Assembly: GCF_028641065.1 (NCBI RefSeq)
Contig: NC_073385.1
Location: 46,934,001 to 46,998,000 of the forward strand
Length of the DNA: 64,000 nucleotides
Reading direction: 5' to 3'
From: Leucoraja erinacea
Lineage: Eukaryota
The notes under the pieces were generated by a model. The model made no database searches. It saw nothing but the letters and a program-made list of their open reading frames with translations, and was not told where the DNA came from. A program made the position numbers and the translations under genes. Below are positions 50,572-63,795 of the stretch, piece by piece; within the stretch, counting starts at the first letter, position 1; each line of letters starts with the position of its first letter.

Positions 50572-51300
50572 CACCGGGTGGCGGTGTCAGCGATGGTAGC
50601 CTCGCTTACAGTCTGTCTTTTTTGTTATTTTTAGATTATTTTAAAAGTATGTGCTAATGTTCTCTGGTTTGTTTTATGGGGGGGGGGGGGGGGGGTGGGG
50701 TGGGGAAATCGAGCAAAACTTTTTTTCCAATATCTTACCTGCTGGTGATGCGATTTTTTTCCGGATCATATCTCCGGTCGCTCTGTGACCTAACATCATG
50801 GAGCTAGAGGCCTTGCTCGAGATTGACTTTGAGCTCCACCGCGGGACCCTGGACTTGCCATCGGAGACTGCGACCGATCCCTTCCCTGGGATCGACTCTT
50901 CAACCGCGGCCTGTGGATTTCAACATCTAGAAGCTCACAGTCTCGGGTAGAGGCTGATGTCGGGAAGCTCCAAGCCGCATGTTCGACCAGCCCTATTCGG
51001 GAGTTCGATCGCCTGGCGCGAGAGCTTGATCGCCCTAATGCGGAGGGCTCGACCGTCGGTTGCGAGAGCCAAAATCGCCCCTGACGATGGAAAGTTCTAG
51101 TGCCTCGACCGCGAGAGAACAAAGAAGGGAAAAAGATTGAACTTTTTTTGCCTTCCATCAGTGAGGAATGTTGGGGAGTCGCTGTGGTGGATGTTCATGT
51201 TAGAAATTTATTTGGGTGTTTTGTTGCTCTTTATTGGTATGACATTATGGCGATCTGAATTTCACTGTTACCTAAATTGACAATAAACTGGCCTTGACAT
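50572..51300 (+). mobile_element. Non-autonomous retroelement (tail family of 44300-45090) nested in a Penelope-derived repeat
   Basis: Host repeat halves at ~50472-50570 and ~51338-51430; tail ends tgacaataaactggccttgac. Confidence 0.55.
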
Positions 51301-52594
51301 CCTGACCTTTCTCCAGACAGTTTTCCATTATTGAAGTGCCTGAAGAAGAGTCCAGGCCCAAAACATCACCTATCCATGTTCTCCAGGAATGCTGCTTGAC
51401 CCGCTGAGTTACTCCAGCACTTTGCGTCTTTCACGAAGTAAAGACCTGGCCTAAACCCTGACTTAGCCAATAATGATGGAATAAACAGGCATCATTTGAT
51501 GTCCACTAGCCTGTTTCAAATTCTACAAGCTCATATCTAGCAAAGTTTATACTAAAATTGCCAGCACTCATTGAGACAAGTCTGCACGGTCACTATTTAT
51601 ACAAGTCTTGATGGCTGCCAGTATCCAATACCCCTTTCTTTAGACATGGTAAGTAACTAACCACGTGGAGGAAAGAAAAAACAAGTTATTGTTGGAACCA
51701 CAAAATCCATTTTCAAAATTACAAAATTACTCAAAAAGTAAACAAGCAAAACTTTAAAAAAAAAGATTAATCATAGAAAACAAGACCTACATTTACAAGA
51801 TTGGTGTCAGAAAGTTAGTTTTATTCTCCATTGGTTGAAATGTCAATTAGCAATGATACCTTGATAGCTACAAATCAGCCATAAAAGTGACATATATCCC
51901 ATGAGATACATTGACATTTGAGAGCATGAGATACAAATGTTACAACCAAATATATATATATAACTAGACTAAGTGGGACCCGTTGGGTCCCAGCATCACA
52001 CAGGAGGGATGGTCATCCAACGCAATATTCCACCTCTCCACCAATTCTAATATTGGTGGCCAGTTGGGGGGGGGCGCTTTCTGGAGCGCTAGTATGGGTG
52101 TTGTGTGCTGATGGGACTGGTTTCCAGAGGGCTAGTATGCAAATTGTGCGCCAAATGGATTCTTGGGCTGGCGTCTCAGTCAATCAAGCCTGTTGTGCTG
52201 GCAACTCACTCACTCACGGCTGGTGGGCTGGTAGTTGACTCACGGCTAATCCTTGAAATTCTATTTCAAGCAGGGTATAAGGCCACCAAATTCAAGTGCA
52301 GTTTCTTACCACTTCTAGCAGGGTGCAAGGCCACCAAATTCAAGTGCAGTTTCATACCATTTGAAATAGGGTGCAAAGCCACTAAAGACAGCGAGTCGTG
52401 ACCTCTCCCTCCTCCATCTTGCAGAGACTGAGCCACACCCACATTTCCGGGTTTTATAACCCCTCCCCCCACCGGAAAATATGTGGCTTTCATGGAGTGA
52501 TTGACAGGAGAGAGATTCTCAACATTTTTAAAAAAAAACTATTAACACTTTTATTTTTCATTGATGGGAAGAATTCTCTGCACCTGCTCAGCTT

Positions 52595-53755
52595 AACTTC
52601 AAGCCAAAGCACCCAAGCCACCATTTGCAGTACGCAGTGCATTTCACCTTCATGCCACCATTTGCAGTAAGTGGTAGTGCATCTAAAATCAATTCAGTGC
52701 CACCATTTGCATTTACAGTGGTGCCTTTCAACTTCAAGCCCAAAGCACCCAAGCTACCATTTGCAGTACGTAGTGCATTTCAACTTCATGCCACCATTTG
52801 CAGTAAGTGGTGCCTTTCAACTTCAAGCCAATGCACCCAAGCCACCATTTGCAGTAAGTAATGCCTTTTAACTTCAAGCCATTGCACCCAAGCCACCATT
52901 TGCAGTAAGTAGTACCTGTCAACCTCATGTCACCATTTGCAGTAAGTAGTGCCTTTCAACTTCAAGCCACAATTTGAAGTAAGTGGTGCCTTTCAACTTC
53001 AAGCCAATGCACCCACGCCCCCATTTGCAGTATGTAATGCATTTTAACTTCAAGCCATTGCACCCAGGCCACCATCTGCAGTAAGTAGTGCCTTTCAACT
53101 TCAAGCCACACCCAAGCCACCATTTGCAGTAAGTGGTGTTTTTCAACTGCAAGCCACACCCAAGCCATCATTTGCAGGATGTAGTGCCTTTCAACTTCAA
53201 AGCTCCCAAGCCACCATTTGCAGTAAGTAATGCCTTTCAACTTCTTGCCACCATTTGCAGTAAGTAATGCCTTTCAACTTCAAGCCATTGCACCCAAGCC
53301 ACCATTTGCAGTAAGTACTGCCTTTCAACTGCAAGTCAAAGCACCCAAACCACCATTTGCAGTAAGTAATGCCTTTCAAATTCATGCCACCATTTGCAGT
53401 AAACACTGCCTTTCAACTGCAAGTCAAAGCACCCAAGCCACCATTTGCAGTAAGTAGTGCCTTTCAACTTCAAGCCAATGCACCCACACCCCCCCATTTG
53501 CAGTAAGTAATGCCTTTCAACTTCAAGCCACACCCACCATCATTTGCAGAAAGTAGTGCCTTTCAAGCCACCATTTGCAGTAAGTACTGCCTTTCAACTG
53601 CAAGCCAAAGCAACCAATCCACCATTTGCAGTAAGTAATGCCTTTCAAATTCATGCCACCATTTGCAGTGAACACTGCCTTTCAACTGCAAGTCAAAGCA
53701 CCCAAGCCACCATTTGCAGTAAGTAGTGCCTTTCAACTTCAAGCCAATGCACCCA
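52595..53755 (+). repeat. Complex minisatellite (gccaccatttgcagtaagtagtgcctttcaacttcaagccaatgcacccaa and shorter variants)
   Basis: More than 20 variant units of ~35-50 nt. Confidence 0.92.
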
Positions 53756-53791
53756 GAGGGGAGGGGGAGCTTTCTGGAGCGCTAGTATGAA

Positions 53792-54150
53792 CCATTTTAG
53801 AACCAATAGACATTTTTTTTTGCAAGCTTTAGAACCAATAGAGCCACTTTTTTGCAAGCTTTAGAACCAATAGACATTTTTTTGCAAGCTTTAGAACCAA
53901 TAGACATTTTTTGCAAGCTTTAGAACCAATAGACACATTTTTTGCTAGCTTTAAAACCAATAGACATTTTTTGCAAGCTTTAGAACCAATAGACATTTTT
54001 TGCAAGCTTTAGAACCAATAGACATTTTTTGCAAGCTTTAGAACCAGAGACACTTTTAGACATTTTTTTGCTAGCTTTAGAACCAATAGACATTTTTTGC
54101 AAGCTTTAGAACCAATAGACATTTTCTGCAAGCATTTTAGAACCACTAAG
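53792..54150 (+). repeat. ~30-nt tandem repeat (ttttttgcaagctttagaaccaatagaca)
   Basis: About 12 units, most containing CCAAT. Confidence 0.92.
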
Positions 54151-56881
54151 GGCACTTACATTAGAGTAGACATGTGTTCAGTGTTATTCACAGCTCAGAG
54201 AAACGTGACCCTCTGCCTTCCTCCATCTTGAAGAGACTGTGTGGCACACCACTTCCTGGTTTTATAGTCCCTCCCCCCTGCCGCCAGCGGGGGCAGCAGA
54301 GAGAATGGGGAATTTTGTAAAAACATTAATATCTCTGTCATTTTTAATCAACGGGAAAAATCCTCGGCACACATGCGGCGGAGGGGGGCTCTGAGCGAGG
54401 TGGCCAAAAATGACGGCAGTAGGTGGCGGCGTTCTCTTGGAAATCGCAGCACAGATGGCCAAAACCGGTCAAGAACAGACTTTTAGTAATATAGATGAAC
54501 TGATACCACCCAAATTACACTATCAGTGTCAACATTTGTCCAAACAACCAATATTATATTGTTTATATCATTGTTGAAATTTTATTTTACATATTGCATA
54601 GCATTTCTTTGCATTGTTTTTCCTAATTTACCTTTGCCAATCCAGCATCTTCTATACTCTTAAATTGGGATTTTCGGTAAGCAACCAAACGTGCGTGGAA
54701 CCAGAGCCACACACATTAAGTACTATGAGCAGAATTACAAGTAAACTTATTTTAGAGTCGTCAAAAGTGGCAAATAGAAATCATTCCATTCTTATGTAAA
54801 CTCATTTGTTTGGGATGGGCATACGAGATGAGGGGAAAAGTGTAGACAATCAGACAGACTTTCGATTAGCCTCCCAACAGATCTCAGGAGGCACTGGAAC
54901 AGGGAAGGCATAACTTAGCAGAGAGGTTATAAAATGCTGGTTGGGTCATGGTATTTATGCATTTATGGTGACATTACGGGGTAGGTTGCAAGTGCGCTAG
55001 AGTTCAGGATACTTGGTGCCAGGTAAGATATTTTGGCTTGTTTTTGATCTTTAAGCGATAGTGAAGAACACGGAAGATTTAATTGAAATGTGTATTATAA
55101 GAGGTCTTCAGAAAGTGGGTAGGAATACCGAAGCACGGAGGTAAGTAAATAACTTGGGCATACAGATTTAAAATTAATTAAGGAGAATTACCAATACCCA
55201 AGTGGTGACAGTCAATTTAATTTGACAGGGTAGCAGGGGCTAAAGCTGGAAACATCGTAATTGCAAATGCACTTGATTTGAAACTTACATGTCTATATGG
55301 ACCAAGAAAATGGGAAGTTTGCAGCTAACGCAATGGCCAAAATTATAAATTTTCATTTGAATTGAAGACTGATTTCTGCTAGTTAGGATCAGAGCGACAA
55401 GGCTTGTGTCAATATTTGTTTTACTCTATGAACTGAAAACATCTTTCATTATTTTTACTTAGATCTGCTGCTTGCCAGAAAGTTATGCCATGCAGGTTGA
55501 CTGTGGATTATAAGACAATTCAAGAACATCTACATTACATTTTTAAAACCTTGTATTAAGCATGATCATTTTGATGTGTTGCATTGGAAGTCGGTCACAT
55601 TTGTATCTGATTTGCTCCTGTTTCATGAGTAGCCATTACAACACAAAAATTCAGAACAAATAAAAAAAAACCTAATAGTTTATAGAGCCATAGACCTATA
55701 CAGCATGGAGACAAGCCCTTCAGCCCACCTTGCCCATGCCAACGAATTTGGCATTCTGGGCTAGTCCCATTAGTCTGTATTTGGCTCATATCCATTTAAA
55801 CCCTTCCCATCCATAGATCAGATATTAAAATTAGGTTCAAATAACTATAAATACAGCACAAAATGATAAAACAACATTAGTAAAAATAGATTTGCTGTCA
55901 CAGAGGCATGGTGCTTATTGGCAGGTTTACAATCTGAAAAAGTTTGCAAAATTGTGCAAGATAATTCATCTGCAAATGTTGGAATTTTAAGCAAAATGCA
56001 AGCTGCTGGGAGGAAATCTATGGGTCAGGCAGCTACCGTGGAGGGAAAAGGACAGGCGACATTTCAGTTTGGGGGGAAAAGGACACAAAGTGCTGGAGTA
56101 ACTCAATGGGTCAGGCAGCATCTCTGGAGAACATGATAGGTAACATTTCAGGTCAGGACGCTTCTTCAAACAGGGTCTTTCGTCAGACTGACCTATACAA
56201 AATTTCTTTTAGTTGGGATTTAAAACCACTGTCAATCATACATAGCTGCAAGTTCTATAGAGGAAGAAGGACTACTCATTAAACACTCTTATCTGCAATT
56301 AAATATGTGAAATACAGTACTTCTATTAAACTGAAGTAGCACCTTGGAATCAGGAGAATGCACTCCTAATTATTATTGAAAGTGCTTATTAATGCTCCTA
56401 TATGGTCACATCAAAAGTCCAAGCCAAGGTCTATTTGTATTATTTTATTTTGTGCACTTGAAATATACATATCTCTGAAACAAAGTTATCTTGAATATAC
56501 TTTCATTAATTTTGGACCTTCTTGTACAACAGAAAATGAACAGGGTTTTGAAATATTTCACTTTTATATTACTTTCATTTCTCGCACAAAGTTTGAATGT
56601 ATTAAAAATACTTACCAAAAGTTGCAGTAAATAAACTAGGATATTATTTTGCATTACACCTTAATTAAATTATAATAAATCTTCAGAATGTACCAGTCAC
56701 TGCAAGCACACAGAATTTTTGATGTGTCAAAATATACATAAACACCAAAGCCTTGTCTTCAAGAAGTCATATGCAGTTTTCAAATTGTATTTTGCCTTGC
56801 AAGCAGCCCAGTATTCTACTAGTGATTTTTCTTTAGAGCACACATAGGCAGTGTATTAACCTTGAATGAAATTCCGAGGGA

Positions 56882-57028
56882 CTACCTCCTTTTTACCGCT
56901 CCACTCTTGCCAGCCTTATTGCCACTTCCAGATTTAGATGATTTGGAAGTGAAAAGACGAGTCATAAACTCAGAAACATCCGGCAACTCATGATTCGGGT
57001 TCAACATGTTCATGGACTGCTCCATCTC
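56882..57028 (-). CDS. EMC7: ER membrane protein complex subunit 7, exon 5
   Basis: tttcag|[48 protein letters not shown] (TAG). Confidence 0.95.
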   Translation of the reverse strand, partial: EMEQSMNMLNPNHELPDVSEFMTRLFTSKSSKSGSGNKAGKSGAVKRR

Positions 57029-57999
57029 CTGAAATAGAAAATTACATCACATGCTGTAATAATGCTTCATTAAGTACAAGTAAACACATTCAATAAGTGT
57101 TTAAGTACGCTGAATACGAGAGTTGAGTTTGGGACAGCAACAAGCACACCTCTGTCTCAAGATAACACAAATATTATGAAATATTATTAAGGTGCTTTCA
57201 GAGACAAATGCAAACTAATAACAGAGATAGCAGGTAACCTTCTATTACTCCCAAGAACCGGCATACAATTTACAGAAATAAAGTACACTTTCATGTTTAT
57301 TGGTTCATTTAACAATGCTTCATTTTTGTCCTTATACAGGACATTAACCATTAACCACAAAATTGTATGTTCTGATTCAACAAGGACAGATAGTTACCAT
57401 GAGACCAAACTGGCAGCACAAAACACATTAAATAGTCAAATTAGAATTTAAACTAAAGCTAGGTGTGCAAGGAGCAAATGTTCAAACGGATCTTAAAAAC
57501 TCAACCTTGAACAACCAACCTCAATAAAGTCGATATACCAACATTTTAATGTCTATTTGTATAAATCAACAATTATTCAGGTTTAACGCTCAAACTTTAA
57601 GAATCTCGTAGCCAAGAAGTTTGGGCATCAGTAAGCATATTAGTCAAGCCTTTCAACAATACATTACAAAATAAACAAATTGGGGAAAAATAATATATTC
57701 ATTTTTTCAAATTTACCCTTTTGCTGAATAACACGAATTGTACAATTAAACCCGATTATACATGGATCTATAAATTAGTTCTTGGAAAATCACGTGAATT
57801 TATCAACTAAATTAGCTAACAAAGGATTTTCTGATGAACATCGCCGTGAATCCATTATTTCATATACACTTCAATACTTCACTCAATTTGCATACCAATT
57901 ATTCACCATAATCCGTCAAGTGTCCAGTTCTTTGCAATTTATCATTGACACATACTTTATGGAATCCTGTACTAACCAGTTTTAACTCGGCTTACTCAC

Positions 58000-58080
58000 C
58001 CGTCGCATTTCAGGATCATTAGTGTTAACCACCTTTGGCAACAAGAGGATGATCAACAATGGAAGAACCATCATCATTAC
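58000..58080 (-). CDS. EMC7: EMC7 exon 4 (transmembrane segment)
   Basis: cctcag|[27 protein letters not shown]|gtgagt, 81 nt. Confidence 0.95.
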
Positions 58081-59710
58081 CTGAGGAGGTGCAACAAATA
58101 TATATTTTAAAAGGTTACTATAAACAATGCTGCCATGAGCTTTCAGCACAATGTGAAGGAAATCATCAGGTACAACACTAACATTTAGTTTGAAATAACT
58201 TTATATAACTTTGTAAAAGCCAAGGCAAGCACACTGCAGTAGAAAGATAGAAAAGGAAATTATCAAGGAATAGCATGTGTATAATTTCCCTTTACATTAT
58301 TCTTGTCCTACCAGTTCAACACAAAGTGGCCCTTGCCAAAAATATTCTAGTTGGTTCTTTTGTGCTCTGATCAAAGAAAATATAGGCACTTTCCACACCT
58401 AATCTGAGGAACTTGAAACTATGTGTTTATTTTCATAGGTTTAAGAAAAAAAGAACCCACACACAAGCCACTCTTAAAATAAAACCAACTTGAATCTTAC
58501 CATACAGTTAAGTATGTAAAAAAAAATCAAAACATACAGATAAGTATGTAAAAAAAATCAAAAGCACTTTGCGCTCACATAATTTATAAATCGTTCCCCC
58601 AAAAAATGTAGATAGAAATAGAATTCACTCACATATAATTTGTGTCAAAAATAGTAAATCAAAAGATTTTTTCAACTTTCCTTTCTTGATACGTGTAGAT
58701 TACCTGGCTCAGCCCATCCTCTAGGAACACACTCACCCCCTCCCACTAATTATGCATGGGTCATCTGACTAAGCATATAAAAAATCTACATATCGTGGCA
58801 ATCGGAAATAAAAACAAAAAATGCTGGAAATCCTCTTTCCAATTCGGTTCAAAGGTCTCACACTCAAAACATTAAGTGTTTCCCTTTCTGCTTTGCCTGC
58901 TTCACAAACACTCCTAAGCTTAATACCTGATCTGTAACTGATGGAAGAATTGGGAAGGCAGTCGTGGTACACATAATTGGCTTGTTTTATACAAAAAGTA
59001 GCCTGCAATTGCTTTTGTAGAAAGAGATCTGCTTTATAAATGGACAATTAAACTAGGTATGCACAGATGAACTGCCCCCCCCCCCCGTTATTCTTCCTCA
59101 ATTAGAATACAATTAAGACTTCAAAAAAGTAATTTATTCCAGAACATTTAACACATTCTAAAAATAGTCGCTGTCTAGTATTTCAGAAAAAAACATTTTA
59201 AAATAGTTGGTAGCATCCGTGGAGGGAAATGAACAGGTGACTCTTCGGGTCACGATCCCACTTTAGTCTGAAGGACTTCCTCCAGCAATTTGTTTTTGCT
59301 GCTCAAGATTTCAGAATCTGCAGACTCATATCTCTATCTTAAATTATTCCATTTAAATTATTTTTGACACAGTCTCGGTGTCATTGAAGACAAACTCAAT
59401 TAATTGGTAAAGTAGCAACTTCCCATAAATAGCCCGGAACTAAATGACAGGATACTTTGTTCCAACAATGTTGAGTGAAGCCCAATTATTTGTTGTGTAG
59501 CTTTCCCATCTTTTTCTTGAAAAGTATCCCAAGGTCTTTGTTATCTAACTGGCAAAGCGAAGGATGCTTTGTTAAAGGTCACATGAACAAAATACTCCAC
59601 CTATTTGGGTTTAAAGCCATTTAATAACAGGTAATGCAATCCCAAGTAAAATATGTTGAGTATTTTTTCCTACTGTTAATGTAAAGATTTGCATGATATT
59701 ATTCACTTAC

Positions 59711-59849
59711 CATAGGATTCATGAGGAAGTCTGTCCAACCCCATGTTTCTCGTTTCATAAAGTACGGAGGAGGACCAGAAGATTTGATCTGAATTGGATA
59801 AGGCAGCCTAATGACTTCGGATGCCTTTAAATAATTCACCTGCCTTGCT
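59711..59849 (-). CDS. EMC7: EMC7 exon 3
   Basis: gacag|[46 protein letters not shown]|gtaagt, 139 nt. Confidence 0.95.
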
Positions 59850-60169
59850 CTGTCAAGAAAAACAAATAATAAAATCTACTTTTTGTCTAAAAGGCAGTAA
59901 CTATTTTCTTCACCATTTTAGGAATTGTTAGAATCTTTTAAAATGCTGATTTTACTTATTTCATGTATAATATTGACCACTAAATAGCAATATACCCGGC
60001 AAAGGCTTTGAGCGATTAAAAATAGACTAAATCTCAACTAAACGGTTTGTTTTGGATCTTATGCACTGCCCAGTATCAACAATATAAAATATTAAAAACC
60101 TAACAAAACACATTACGTCATATTGCAATACCAAGGCAATCAAACTTTTATAAGTTGGAGTATTCTTAC

Positions 60170-60289
60170 CTGATTTTACCTTTGGAGGTAATGTCAACTC
60201 TCACAGGTTCAAAACGGTATGCTGGTGAAACAACTTCCACGACATATGATCCAGAAGGGACATCATTCACAGTGAATGTTCCATCTGTT
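60170..60289 (-). CDS. EMC7: EMC7 exon 2
   Basis: tatag|[40 protein letters not shown]|gtaaga, 120 nt. Confidence 0.95.
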
Positions 60290-60409
60290 CTATAAAGCAA
60301 ATTATATTGTATGATATACCTAAATGTATACAATTAAACAGTATAATTTTGTCATGTTCCCAAATGACATTGTAACAAAGAGCAAAATATCTGTTTAATA
60401 TTGAAGCCA

Positions 60410-60760
60410 TGCTTTCCACCAGTGCGACAGAGGTTTACCTGCATCTCTTCCAACCTCATCTATTGCATCCGCTGCTCTAGAAAGCAGCAATTATATCGGT
60501 TGTAGGTTGGGCGATCGTTTCGCCGAACAATGTATACAATGAAACACTTCAATCCCCCTCCCACTCCGTCTCCGACCTCTTGTCCTGGGTCTCCCAATGG
60601 CCACAGCATTGTAACGGAAATTGGAGAACAGCAAAATATCTGTTTAATCTGCATCCTGGGGGCATGAAAACCCAATTTTGTTAGTCCTTGCTGCTCCCTT
60701 CCTCAGTCCCCCTGCTGTCTCCTCCAAGCCTTCGGGAAACATTGTTCTGAAGGGTTTCGG
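60410..60760 (+). mobile_element. Highly decayed Penelope GIY-YIG 3' fragment
   Basis: ttacctgcatctcttccaacctcatctattgcatccgctgctc..ttatatcgg..ttgggcgatcgtttcgccgaaca parallels 20500-20600. Confidence 0.6.
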
Positions 60761-62949
60761 GAACGTTGTTACAATGATAGATATTATTGTTATGAGGGGA
60801 AAAATTGTTTGAAGGGGTGTTCAAAGACTTGTTATGAGGAAATTAAATGGTAAGACTAAAAATGGTAATAAAATAATTCCAACTAAAAAAAAAGACAAGT
60901 CCTCATGGGCTTCACAGGTGGGAGGCAAATATCCTAGAATTCACAATTGTACATATCACTTCACTCTCAGCCCCTTTGTTCATTAACAAGGTTTTTTTTG
61001 TAATCTTAAATAAAAATACACCAAAACAAAATATGAATGTAAAAAAAATTAAGCTCACTCCCAAGAGTTATTCTCTACATTATAGCCCAGAAATAAACAT
61101 CATGAAAAGTACACAAGGGAATTCAAACAAGCAAACAACCTCCAAATCAACGCCACCTGAAGCCAAATTGACACAACAACTGAAGATACAGGGCCTATAT
61201 ATCCCAAGGAATTTTCAACATGCCTCCGGCAACATTTGACACCATGGCTTAAATAATTGTTAGGGCATTGATCAGAAAGATATGCTAAAGGGAAAAGAGA
61301 ACTGTAAAGAGTTAAAGTGGAAATTACAGTCCCCAAGTCAGATGAAGTTATAGACATCAATAGTGTCATATCTGGAGGATTCACAAAATGCCAGGAAAAA
61401 TAGAGCTGATATCTTAGAGGTTTGTAGGAGCAGAAATGACGATTGATGCTACTGGAGGGATTTGAAAACAAATAAACTTATAATCAAGGCGTTGCTAAAC
61501 CAGGAATCAACAGGCAAGTGCGGAAAAAGAGCATGGGATCTGGAGCCATGGTTCCAGTGCTCCCTTTCCACTCATCCAGGCATCGATTCCCACGTTCCTT
61601 TTTGCACTCAGCTAGGCCCTGGTTCCCTTCAGTGTACCTTGATCATTTAAATATTGCCATTACTACATAATTTACTGAAAATGCAAAGTAAAAGTGTGCT
61701 GAGGTATGGTCAGAAATAACATGCAGTCGCCCTGAAAATCTATCATGCTGGATTGTTGGGAGTTTTATTGTAAACGAGAAGCCAGTCAGTAGTGCATTGG
61801 AAAAATCTGGAAGAATTAGAAACAATACAGCCTCAAATGGGAGAAAACTGCCACAATTCAACACAATAGGTTTAGACACATAATTTCATATCAAATTATG
61901 TATCAAATGCACCTTTCCCAACTTTGGTCTCGCAATCACTGTAATTTACGGTAGTTACTTCAGCAAGCAATGTTCTGTCAAAATGGACAGTTTGGTTGCA
62001 ATGAGGAAATCCTTCCAGTGGCTTGGTGGCATCTCATGCTGACCATCCAAGTCCAGGATCTAATTTCTGGTTGTATTGAGTTTCACAAAGGAAGCAATAA
62101 TTAAACTCTGGATTCCACACCCTCGCCAGAGTGATGATCTAGGGGCCCACACCAGTGCAGTGTCTGATGGTAGACCCAGATCCCAATCTCCTGCCTATAG
62201 TTATATAAACAGTATAAATCAGATTATAAGGGCACTATTACATTGCTCTTTGTGGAAGCCTACCCTGGAAAATTTGGCAGCTGTGTTTTCAACACTAACA
62301 CCAAAGTAAAACTACGTAAAAAGGCCATTATGAGTTTCAAAGCTTTGGTATTTATGTCCGAAAATTGATAAACAAATGCAATGGTTTTAATTTACTGAGC
62401 CAGTTAAAGAGGCAAGAGAAACTATAGAAACTCCAAGCAGTACCTCCACCACCATGTTCCACCCGCTGCACAAGCCAGCTGTTTCCCGTTTATGTCAAGC
62501 CCACAACCTTTTAGCCACAGGCAGGTGGAGAGGGCCTAGGGCCCTAACTTTCAGGAATCCTGCTTGGCAGGTTAACCTGCGGCTGAACTGTGGCTCCGAC
62601 CGCCCCCAAACTCTTCTCTCTCCATACTTCCAGCCCCTCAGTCCTGGGGCAGGCTATAACCACAGACGCCATCCCCAACATCCTGGACAAGCCCTCCTCC
62701 CTCCTCCAACTTCCTCCTTTCCCTGGGGGCTACTGATTCATAAATTCTAGGAGCAGAATTAGGCCATTTGGCCCATCAATTCTACTCCGCTACTTTAATC
62801 ATGGCTGGTCTATCTTTCCCTCAACCCCATTCTCCCGTCTTCATCCCACAGCCCCTAACACCTTTACTAATCAAGAATCTGTCAATCTCCGCCTTCAAAA
62901 TATCCATTGACTTGGCCTCCACAGCTGTCTGTGTAATGAACTCCACAGG

Positions 62950-63600
62950 AGTTGAGGAAGCCATTGGGCGCCTCTTCCCCCCCACAAACCCCAAGAAGAT
63001 GGGCCCTGACGCCCACCTCTTCTCATCCCACCCCTCCCTGTACCTCTCCCTGTCCCCGTATCTCTCCCCAGCGGTTACTTGAAAAAGCCGACGTGCTCCT
63101 CTCCCTCCACCAACACCCTGGCCGTGTGGATCCAGTCCTGCGGCTTGATTCCCGGCACGACCGCCCGGCCCTCGATCTTGAACCTCTCCCCGCCGGCGAC
63201 CTCGAACTCGGAACCAGCGCACATCCAGCAGTGAGCCGCCAACAGCAGACACGACAGGAGCTGAGAGCAGCGGCGAAAACCTCCTCGTCCTCGTCCTCGT
63301 CCTCCTCCTGCCGCCGCCGCCATCACGACGCCTCTGCTGAGCAAACGCGCGCAGCCGCACTGTCGCCCTCAACTATGACCCCGACGGCCGTGCGCTCCCG
63401 GGACCAGCTGTCAATCAGCCCGGGGGGCGGGGGCGGGAGATAGTTGAGGAGGAGTCAGGAGTTTTATGAGGAGGTTGCACCGCAGTAGAGGTCACGACAC
63501 GTGACCCGTACTGTTGCCACGCAACGCCTTCTGGAGTACAAGCGTCAGGCAAGCACTTACTATGGCTGCCAGTGCAGCGGGCCCGTCTTCTAGAGTTGCT
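62950..63600. promoter_or_regulatory. CpG island / EMC7 promoter with E-box
   Basis: High CpG density around exon 1; CACGTGAC at 63498-63505. Confidence 0.65.
63079..63323 (-). CDS. EMC7: EMC7 exon 1 (signal peptide)
   Basis: [82 protein letters not shown]; donor AA|gtaacc; five exons total 732 nt = 243 aa plus stop. Confidence 0.94.
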
Positions 63601-63795
63601 GCCTTACAGCAAAGATTTAGCGCCAGAGCCCTGGGTTCGATCCCGACTACGGGTACTGTGTGTATGGAGTTTACGGGTACTGTGTGTATGTTCTCCCCGT
63701 GAAGTTTTTTTCCGAGATCTTCAGTTTCTTCCCACACTCCAAAGACGTACAGGTTTGTAGGTTAATTGGCTTGATAAAATGTAAAAATTGTCCAG
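63590..63795 (+). mobile_element. HE1/V-SINE-like SINE fragment
   Basis: agagttgctgccttacagc..gggttcgatcccgactacgggtactgt..cccacactccaaagacgtacaggtttgtaggttaattggc. Confidence 0.75.

Larger units (their letters stand above)
51964..54495 (-). mobile_element. Non-autonomous Helitron (~2.5 kb) with internal tandem arrays
   Basis: Minus strand: a|TCTATATTACTAAAA 5' end, hairpin tgggaccc-aac-gggtccca (51992-51974), CTAG|t 3' end next to a (TA)n run. Confidence 0.85.

Noticed and set aside
52625-53726. Repetitive ORFs (YCKWWLG.., PPFAVS..)
   Set aside because: Translations of the minisatellite, with frequent stops and frameshifts
52595-54150. CRISPR-like regular repeats
   Set aside because: Eukaryotic context; units are contiguous variants without unique spacers; no cas genes; lies inside a Helitron
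62821-63443. Overlapping ORFs of 163-183 aa at the EMC7 5' end, and similar ones at AVEN exon 1
   Set aside because: Shadow ORFs of GC-rich first exons and CpG islands
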